Source of the DNA: the human T2T-CHM13v2.0 reference genome, Homo sapiens
Assembly: GCF_009914755.1 (NCBI RefSeq)
Contig: NC_060932.1
Length of the DNA stretch: 64,000 nucleotides
Strand: one strand, 5' to 3'
In this document: in pieces, positions 54,505-64,000 of the stretch
Layout: every line of letters starts with the position of its first letter
Numbering within the stretch: the stretch's first letter is position 1
Program-made: the position numbers and the translations under genes
Notes under the pieces: model-generated
What the model was told of the DNA's origin: nothing
What the model saw: only the letters and a program-made list of their open reading frames with translations
Databases searched by the model: none

Positions 54505-54643
54505 AGACTTAAAGATGAAAAGTCATTCGAGATTATCCAGTCTGAGGAACAAAAAGAATGAAGGAAAAGACTCTGCTCATTTTCCTTTATTTTTTTTGTT
54601 CCTCAGACTGGATAATCTTGAATGACCTTTCATCTTAGAGTCT
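54505..54643. repeat. Inverted repeat, 64-bp arms (58/64 complementary), 11-nt loop
   Basis: Manual alignment of 54505-54568 with the reverse complement of 54580-54643. Confidence 0.95.
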
Positions 54644-56382
54644 GAGAGACCTGTGGGACACCATAAATATACACATAATGGAAATTTCAGGAGGATAAGA
54701 AAAAGAAAAGGCAGGGAAAAGTGAAGTAATGCCTCCCAATTTTTAAAATTTGATGAAAAATGTTAATCTAAATATTTGAAAATTTCAATAAACTCCACTT
54801 AGAATAAACTGAAAGGTATCCACACATAGACATATAATAGTTAAATGATGAGGTCAAAAACAGAAATAAAATATTGAAAGCAGCAAGAGGAAAATGACAT
54901 ATCATGTGCTAGGCATCCTTTGTGAGATTAATAACTGACTTTTCATAAGACAAAATAGAGGCTAAGGAAAATCTGATAAATTATTAGTGTTAAAAAGATT
55001 GTCAACCGAGACTCCTGTATCCAGATAAGCTATTCTTTAAAAATGAAGAAAAATTAATTAATTTTCTGGAAAATAAATACAGAGAATTTACTGCTAGTAG
55101 GCCTTCCCTATAAGAGTTTCTAAAGTACGTCCTTTGTGATACAGTGGACAATAACTGAAACCCCCAAAAAGAAATAAACAGCACTATTTCAGGATAAGTG
55201 CAAGTCATTATGAAAGACAGTGTAAATATATATTTGTAACTATCCTGTTTCAAAAGGCAACAGTATAAAGCGATAATTATAAAATTATTTGTTAAACACT
55301 CAACAATATATAAGGACATAATTTGTATGACAATACTAGCACAAAGGAGGGAGAAGAGAATTGAGCTATAGAGGAGCAAAGTTTTAAAACACTGTTCCAT
55401 TTAAGTTGGAATTATTTCACCAGTTTGTTAAAAATTAAGATGTTAATAGTAATCCCCAGAACAACAACTGAGAAAATAAATTTTAAAAGCATATAGTAAA
55501 AGAATTGACAGGAGAATTGAAGTGGGGACACATTAGAAAATATCCATTAAACACACAAAAAAGACAAATTAAGGAATAGTGAAACAAAAAAGACATAGAA
55601 AAACAAAACAGCAAACGTAAGTCTTTATCAGTAATTATGTAAATCGATTAAACACATCAGTCAAAAATAGATTCTCAGAATGAATTTAATAACATCATGA
55701 TCCAACTATATACTGTCTACAAGCAATACACTTAAGAGTCAAAGATACAGCTTAGAAAAAGACATAAAGATTAAAGACTTAAAAAGCATGGAAAAAGGCA
55801 TATTATATAGACAGTACCCAAAACAGAATTTCAGTGGCTATACTAATAACAGTAATCACAGAGCTTAAAAGTATTATTAGAGACAAAAAGGACATTTTAT
55901 TAAAAGAATATTACTCCTTCAGAAAGATGTTATGATTATAAGCAAAGACACCTTTAAAAATTTCCCAAAATACAGGAAGCAAAAATTGACAGAATTGAAG
56001 GGAGACATGGAGAATTTAGCAATAATATTTGGAGAATTTAATACACCATATTCAGTAATGAGTAGATTAGACAGAAGGTCAACATTGAAATAAAAGATTT
56101 GAACAAATAGACTTAATAGACATCTGTAGAACAGTTGTCTCTAAATCATACAAAGTGTTTTCCAACCAAAATAGAATTAAATAGACATCAATAAAAAATT
56201 TGAAAAATTCACAAATATGCGGAAATTAAGTTACACTCTTTTAAATAGCCAATGGGTCAAAGAAGAAAATGCAATGGAAGAGAGAATACACTTTAAGACA
56301 TGAAAACAAAAATATGGCATACCAACATACATGGAGCACAGGTAAGGCAGTGTTTAGAAGGAAGTATATAACTGTAAACAAA

Positions 56383-56863
56383 TGAAGGGGTAAAATAAGT
56401 GATTTTGGCATCAATTTAAGTTCAAGTCAAATAAGTGATTTTGGCATCAATTTAAGTTAAAGTCACTTGAAAAACAGCAGTTACATAAAGATCATTCTGA
56501 CCTTTGTGCTGTTTCTTGAAAGCAGAAGACAAAATTCCTATGTGAAATACTCTCTGAAGATTAGAAGGAAAAGCAACATCTTCATCCTCAAGATAGGAAG
56601 TCAATATTGAGATAATTCTATATAGACCTTGTTAAAATAACTTTTATCTTTTCAGCCTTACTTGCTGATTCACAATTAACTATTGTTAGTTCAATCTAGT
56701 ACATAAGTAGCTGACTATAACGACTCCTTTGGGTATTCATTATGAGAGTTCTCATATCATGTAAAACTTGTATTATGCTTTTCTCCTGTTAATCTATCTT
56801 ACTTAATTCTGGGATCCAGCCAGGACCCTAAGAGGTTAGAAATGGAGCTTTTTAACCACTATA
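56383..56863 (+). mobile_element. MER34-family ERV1 solo LTR nested in the L1
   Basis: TGAAGGGG start, CACTTGAAAAACAGCAG, TGCTTTTCTCCTGTTAATCTATCTT, CCAGCCAGGACCCTAAGAGG end. Confidence 0.75.
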
Positions 56864-57038
56864 TATTAAATATATTTAAAAAATATTAAATATATTAACT
56901 AATATATTAAATATATAATATATTAAATATATTAACTAATATATTAAATATATAATATATTAAATATATTAACTAATATATTAAATATATATATTAAATA
57001 TATTAACTAATATATTAAATATATAATAAATATATTAA
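56861..57038. repeat. AT-rich minisatellite, ~37-bp unit x ~4
   Basis: The lone C of each AACTAA recurs at 56899, 56936, 56973 and 57007. Confidence 0.92.
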
Positions 57039-58619
57039 GAAAGATCTCTAGATAATTCATCTTAAGATATTCGAGAAACTAGAACAACAAAAACTAACCC
57101 AAAGCAAGCAGAAAGAATAAATAACAGAGAAGAAATAAATGAAATAGAGAATAGAAAAGCAATACAGAAAAATCAACAAAATTAAAAGTTGGTTCTTTGT
57201 AAAGATTAACAAAATTGACAAACCTTTAGACTGAAGAAAAAATTTTTATTAAATCAGAAATTGAAAGAGAAGACATCATTGATCTTGCAAAAATGAAAAG
57301 AATTATAAAGGAATACTGTGAACTGTATGCCAATAAATTTAGATGAAAAGAATAAATTCCTAGAAAGACACAAGCTACTGAAACTGACTCAAGAATAAAT
57401 AAAAGAACTAAGTAGACCTATAAAAAGCAAAAGTTTGAGTTAATAATTAAAAACACTTCTAGCAAAGAGAAGCTCAGAGCCAGATGTCTTCACTTGTGAA
57501 TTCTAACAAATGTTTAAAGAACTAATACCAATTCTTTACAAACCCTTCCAAAAAATAAGAGGAGATAACATTTCCCAACTCATGCCATGAATCCAGCATT
57601 ACCTTTTTACCAAAACCAGACAAAGGAATTATATGAAAACTATTTACCAATATCCTTTATGAAAGTAGATGCAAATATCCTCGAAATAAATGAGTAAACA
57701 AAATCTAGTAAGATTTATAAATGATCATACACCACAACTGATGTGAGATTTATCTCAAGAATGCAAGGTAGTTTAACATCTAAAAATCAATAAATATAAT
57801 ATACCAAATTAATAAAGGACAAAAAAACCCCACATTTATTTCAATGGATGAAGAAAAAGCATTTGACAAAATCCAGTACTCCTTCATGATAAAAACATTC
57901 AATACTAGGAATAGAAGGAAACTTCAACTCAATGATGGACATCTTAGCAAAAGAAAGAATGACTTTCTCCTAAGATCAGAAACAATACAAGAATGCTGCT
58001 CTTGCTATTTCTATTAAACATCGTACTGGAGTTTCTAGCCAGGGCAATTTGGCAAGAAAAGGATATAAAAGACATTCAAATTGGAAAGGAAAAAGTACAA
58101 CTCTGTTTGCAGATGATTTTGTATATAGTTTTATATATAAATATAGGAAAACTACACAATTTAAACTGATAAGTTCAGCAATGTAGCAAGATACAAGCTC
58201 AATATATAAAAATCAATGTACTTTTATTAACTGGCAAGAAACAATTTTAAAATAAAATTGAAAAAGCAATTCCATTTATAAAGAATCAAAGAAAGTACTT
58301 AGGAATAAATTTGTGTAAACAAAAAATGAATTTCCCTAAACAAAAACGACATTTGTACACTGAACACTACAAACATTGTTGAAAGTAAGATCTAAGTAAA
58401 TAGAAGGATATCTGTGTTCATGGATTTGAAGACTTAATGTTAAGATGGCAATACTTAATACACAGATTCAGCATAATGCTATCAAAATCTCACTTTTCCC
58501 CAGACATTGATAAGCTGATCCAAAAATTTATGTGGTAATACAATGCGCCTAGAATAGTCAAAACAATTTTGAAAAAGAAAAGTTGGAGAACTCACACTCT
58601 GATGTTTTAAAACATACTG

Positions 58620-58750
58620 CAGTTGGCCTTCTTCTACAATTGGATTCTGCATATGCAGATTCAGTCAACCACAAATCAAAAATAATTGAAAAAAAAAAAC
58701 AGAAAACACAATATAGCAACTAGTTACACAGTATTTACGTTGTGTTAGGT
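58620..58750. mobile_element. MER2-like TcMar-Tigger fragment (one end)
   Basis: CAGTTGGCC.TC...GGATTCTGCAT..GCAGATTCA..CAACCACA.ATC...ATTTAC.TTGT.TTAGGTA. Confidence 0.75.
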
Positions 58751-60134
58751 ACAATGGGGGAGCAGGAATAAGGTATGACTGCTATGAGGCTTTTTGGATT
58801 GTTGAATATGTCCTAAAATTAGAATGTGGTCATGGTTGCGTAACTCTGTAAATAGAATAAAAATTTTTGAACTGTACAGTTTAAGTGGATTTTATGGTAT
58901 GTGAACTATATCTCAATAAAGCTGTAAAAAATGATCAAGAATCCTGATTCCTACTGAAAACTCTTTTCAAACCTATGCTGAATTTTTGAGAATTTAAAGA
59001 CTTATCTAGTGTGACATAGATGGGGTGTGGCAGATTAAGGATGGAAACTAAATCTAACCCTGGAATTTGGGTTTTTAACCTTTGCTAGATCTTCACCAGA
59101 CAATAGATCTTACTTGACTGAGATATCCATCTCATTCAGAGGTGTGAAGCCCTGGGTGGTTTAGAAGTAGCCATTACTATCACATAGTAAGCTAAGATTG
59201 AAAGATAGAATTGATGTAATTATAATCAGGTCTGCCTAAGAAAAGACTGTAGATATTCATTTCTCCTACTGATAAGATTTAGATTCTGTTTCACATTCAT
59301 TTTGTACATTGATAATGAGGGTTTGATGGAAAAATTAAGACTCCGTAAAAAAAAAACCTTTCTCTAATTAAAGTTAGGGTGTGTGCATGTGTAGTGTGTG
59401 AAGTATAAGTTTTCATGTATTTTTTAAACCCCTTATACATTCAGTAAAGTGTTACATATTTAGAGAAACATCAGTGGATCCTCTTGCTTATACAAGCAAG
59501 ACCACTTGTACATGCTTAGTATTTGAAGTTCTCTAGTTGAGCATCAGCCACTTCATCCCTATTGCCCATGACTCGTCTTCCTATAGCACATGTTATAGCC
59601 AAACTGCCTGCGGATGGCTCCTTTGTCACATCTTCAGCTCTGAAGACCGGAAGGGAACCTTGGGAAACATTTCCTTAAGGATAGGGTCAAAGTGAAGGAG
59701 ACAGAGGAGTAGCCCTCAGTCACTGTAAGGTCACAAGGAAGTGCTGAGTCAGTACTTATTACTCAGAGAAGTGCTGAGCACAGTAAGTACTTCTAACTTA
59801 CTATTGTAGTGAGTTAGAAGTGCTTACTTACTGTGTGCCTACCATACCCTCATCTTGGCAGTGTAAAAGAAAAAGAAAAATATCAGCAAGGGTAGGCAAG
59901 TAATTTCTTGTGGAAAAATAATGTAATTTGGAGATCAATGGGTGAATTCCATTTCAGTAGAAATAGCCAGATTGTAATGGGTGGTGAGCATTGGAGACAA
60001 TATATGAATTTGAAGGTGAAAGGAAATAAACTTCAAAACTGTCAGAGGGACAAAATAGTCCCTGAAGAACTTAGAAACACAAACTGTGTTTAAGCAAAAT
60101 AAAAGGAAGAAATGAAAAATAAGAATACAGATAC

Positions 60135-60380
60135 CGGTTACAGCCTGTTTGGAGGCTATGTTAACAAGGCCATGGTCAAGGGTTCAGTTGTCATCCAGGC
60201 CAGTTAGTCTTACATAATTAATCCTTTGTTTATTGGTCACAGCTGCACTTCTGACCTTGGGCAGCCATTTAATAATTGCATAGTTTTGACTCATGGGAAG
60301 TCAGGCAGGTAAGAGCTGTGAATGTTCAGATGCAGCTTCTTCTCAATATATGAAAAAGAAACTTAGATCCACACTCTGTA
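60135..60380 (+). mobile_element. MamSINE1-like tRNA-derived ancient SINE
   Basis: tRNA-like head (TGTTAACAAGGCCATGGTCAAGGGTTCA...GGCCAGTTAG), then GGTCACAG.CTGCAC...GGCAGCC.T matching recalled consensus. Confidence 0.65.
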
Positions 60381-60852
60381 GAACTAGTAATAGTGGCATG
60401 CCGTAGAAATCCCACTGGACTTGGATTTAGAAAACCTGGATTGCATGTTTTCTCTCTGTCACTGTTCCCCTAATACTATCAGGACAAAATAGTCCATGTT
60501 CTGCTTGCTGAATATAGCTGAAAGTAGTATAAAAATCCTCATTAAGACAATCTACCCTGTCAACGAAAAGAAATTTACTGCACCATCATAGCATGGCAGG
60601 AAAGAAGCAGTGAGCCTGGTTCAATCATTTGTTTATTCATTTAACAAATGTTTATTGAGTGTCTAATATCTCTCAGACACTAAACTAGGTAAGGGGGTTG
60701 CAATTGTTGAGAAGATAAAGTCCTAGGAAAAAAAACCAAAAAATAAAGAGAAAACAAGTAAATAGGGCTTCTAAGAACTGTGATTAAGTAGATAATGAAT
60801 TTAAATAGCTGGGTGTGGCCTCTGTAGAGAGAGTGGAAATGAAAGAAGCCTT

Positions 60853-61303
60853 TCTCTTGGTTTGAGTTCCTCCAGGAAGAGGCTCTGAGCTAAGAATTTA
60901 GGCACAAGTGGTTTCTTTGGAAGGTAATCCCACGAATCCCCAGAAGATCAGGGAGTGAGACAAGGAAGGGAAGGAGCCCACCAAAGTGCTTCATTAACCC
61001 TCCAATCACTTAGGCAACTGTAGCTGATTGCGCTGGGGAACTCTGGGAGATGGTGTCGAACATGGACCTGTGAATTATTCCACCTGAGGTGGGTGGGAGC
61101 TGGAGTATTTATAAAGTGATCATGGTCAGTTATTAAAGTTACCGTGAGAGGAGGGCATTTCTGGACATTTCCTACCTACTGAACATGTGGCCAGAGGAGA
61201 TCCAGCAGCCAGAGAAAAGCTCCCATCTGGAAAAAAAAAATGTGGGTGCCAGCAATAGGAAGTCAGGTCTTCATGGTAAGAGGGACTGATGGAGTCTGCC
61301 CCA
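60853..61303 (-). mobile_element. LTR16A/E-like ERVL solo LTR
   Basis: AGGCTCTGAG..AAG.ATTT..G..CAAGTGGTTT.TTTGG.AGGT.ATCCCA...GGGGAACTCTGGGAGA...GGAGCTGG.GTATTTAT. Confidence 0.75.
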
Positions 61304-61644
61304 GTTTCTGAACGACACTTGAGTAGAGAGGGAAGGAATGAAAATGATGCCACCACATGAAGAGCTAGAAGCAGTGCATTTCTGGAAATAGGAACTTCAA
61401 GAAGAAAGGTCAAGAAGTAGGAAAGGATGTATGTGTTTGAAACTGAAAAACGGGCCAGCTAAGTACTGGGGTTAGCAGAAAGTAGTATATGATGAAACAA
61501 ATAGGAGGGTCTCCATCAGATGTGGCTTTAAAGAGAACAGAGAAATGGGATAGAAGCCATTCCAAGGGCAAAAAACCTAGTTAAAGAATTTAGGAAAGGG
61601 GAATGATGTGGCCTGATTTACTGGCTCCTAGGGACTGAAAATTA

Positions 61645-62275
<631 letters not shown>

Positions 62276-62494
62276 TCACCAACATATAATTGACCTTTAA
62301 AATTATGAGGTTAGATTAGCTCACCTAGGAAGAGAATAAGAGATTTAAAAAAGAGAGATTTGTGCACTAATACTCAAGAACCATCAGCATTTAATGGTCA
62401 GCTGGAGAAGGAGAAACTGGCAAAAGAAACAGAAAAGGAAAATCTGTGAAAGAAAAACAGGAATGTGCTGTCATGAACACTTCGTCAATGCATT

Positions 62495-62800
62495 TTGGAG
62501 GCAAGTGTTGACTCAGAAGAAAAAACATCATAGCTGACTTACGCCAAAAAAAAAAAATTATTGAACAGTTCAACTGAAAAATTCAAGACTATCCAGCTTC
62601 AGGCATGGCTAGATCTAAGTGCTCAAATGACATCATTTATAATTTGGGGGCTCCACTTTTTCCCACTTTCCCCTTTATACTTATGCAGACTCTTTCCACA
62701 TGGTCACAATGGATTCTTCTAATTTACAAATTCCAGTGTCAAGATAATTTCCGTTAACACACACCCCGTAAATCAATGACTGTGGTCAGGAAATGTGAGA
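62495..62800 (-). mobile_element. MLT1J/K-like LTR fragment
   Basis: AACTGAAAA.TTCA...GCTTCAGGCATGGCT.GATC.AAGTGCTCAAATGA. Confidence 0.6.
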
Positions 62801-62807
62801 GAAACAG

Positions 62808-63030
62808 AATAGCACCATGATTAAGGGCATGGGATTCAACTCAGCTCTATTGTTCATTAGCTGAGTGAGCCTGGACTAGTCAAGGATTCTGTGGTTCTGT
62901 TTCATTATTGCTAAAGTATGGCTAATAATAGTACCTACCTCATAAAATTATTATGATTATTAAATGAATTATTCCCAGAACGTTTAGAACAGTGCCTTGG
63001 ACATAGTCAGCACTCTGTGCTATTACTATT
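62808..63030 (+). mobile_element. MIR
   Basis: TAATAATAGTACCTACCTCATA...ATTAAATGA...TTAGAACAGTGCCTTGGACATAGT. Confidence 0.85.
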
Positions 63031-63365
63031 TGATTGAACAGGTCTGGAGTAGAAGGTCACTCGCATCTGAAATGATATGACCAAGATGAGGAGGGTACAA
63101 AATTAGAGTATTGTCAACAGAAGGGAGAGTGGATCTTGGTGAAAGAACTTCAATAAACATTCACTGCAGAAGCAGGAAACACTAGAATGTTCCATGAGGG
63201 AGGACAGAGTGAAGTGAGTTATATTCTGCTGAAGATGCAAGTGAGATGAGAACAGAGAGGAGTCCATTGGACCTGGAAACAGGAGGTCACTGACAAAAGA
63301 AGGTGAATGAGAAGTGAGGATGAAGAGGGAGCTAGCAGAGACAACTGTTAAAGTTTTTCTGTGAT

Positions 63366-63565
63366 CATGGACATAAAGATGGAAACAGTGAACACTGGGG
63401 ACTCCAATAGGGGGATGGAGAGTAGGGGGCAAGAGCTGAAAAACTGCCTGTTGGGTACCAAGTTCACCATGTGGGTGATGGGATCAATAGAAGCTCAAAC
63501 TTCAGCATCACGCAATATACCCATATAAAAAACCTGCACATGTATGCCCTGAATACATTTTTTAG
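63366..63565 (+). mobile_element. Severely 5'-truncated L1 3' end (L1PA13-16/L1PB-like) inside an antisense L2
   Basis: CATGGACATAAAGATGG.AACA..ACACTGGGGACT...CAGCATCACGCAATATACCCAT..AA.AAACCTGCACATGTA; perfect 16-bp TSD AAAGTTTTTCTGTGAT at 63350-63365 and 63566-63581. Confidence 0.92.
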
Positions 63566-64000
63566 AAAGTTTTTCTGTGATAAGAGGAATTGAGCAGACA
63601 CTGATAGGAGATGTGAGAGTTAATGTTTTGTTTTCTTTTGTTTGTTAATAGGAGTATGTATGTAAAGAGAATGGTCCAACAAAGATGGAGAAACTGATGA
63701 CATAGGGTATGGAGAAGGGAAAAATGAAGAGGCTGGGTCTTGGAGAAAGCAAGAGGGGATGAGACCCAGATGTCAGGCAGAAGAAATTGTGGGCAGTGAG
63801 AACAGAATAATGGAGATAATGAAGAATAATGGAGAAGGCAGAGAAGATGAAGATGGATGCAGGTAGTTACATAATTTTGTTGAGAGAAATATGAGGCAGT
63901 TTTCCTTCATTGCCTTCTTTTACAGTGCTTTAAAAAGCGACGTCATTATCTGAGAATGTATATCTGTGTGTATAATGTCGGGGGATGCTGGAAGGTTTGA

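Larger units (their letters stand above)
53170..58930 (+). mobile_element. Long decayed L1M (L1ME-like): 5' region, ORF1 and ORF2 remnants, 3' end
   Basis: A-rich; ORF1-type AAATAGAAATTCTGGAGTTGAAAA and GAGACCTGTGGGACA; ORF2 RT remnant L-F-A-D-D (CTG TTT GCA GAT GAT, 58103-58117); 3' end TGTGAACTATATCTCAATAAAGCTG; many stops and frameshifts. Confidence 0.92.

Noticed and set aside
56393-57038. 36-37-bp repeats as a CRISPR-like array
   Set aside because: Directly tandem with no unique spacers, no cas genes, primate DNA
53170-58930. L1 as a potentially active or coding element
   Set aside because: No + strand ORF of meaningful length, and interrupted by an LTR, a VNTR and a deletion
60140-60210. 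tRNA gene
   Set aside because: Degenerate A/B boxes and no intact cloverleaf; better explained as a SINE head

Overview
Primate (most likely human) non-coding genomic DNA, either intronic or intergenic. About half of the window is recognisable interspersed repeat: 16 Alu elements or fragments (AluY, S, J and a FRAM-like monomer, most with visible target-site duplications), many MIR and L2 relics, solo LTRs (THE1 x2, MLT1, MLT2B, LTR16, LTR47-, LTR41- and MER34-like), old L1/HAL1 copies including a ~5.7 kb decayed L1M at 53.2-58.9 kb, DNA-transposon MITEs and a probable MamSINE1. No credible protein-coding exon, RNA gene or CRISPR-type array is visible. The listed ORFs are repeat-derived or random. 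Repeat subfamily names come from recalled consensus sequences, and boundaries of old elements are approximate. I cannot support a new biological system here. The most notable unexplained structures are local rearrangement scars: a 64-bp-arm fold-back hairpin inside the L1 (54505-54643), a ~160-bp templated insertion copied from 1.7 kb upstream and later split by an Alu (41082-41530), and a pre-miRNA-sized hairpin (59778-59838). There are also a few candidate non-coding + strand exons and repeat-free putative enhancer blocks.
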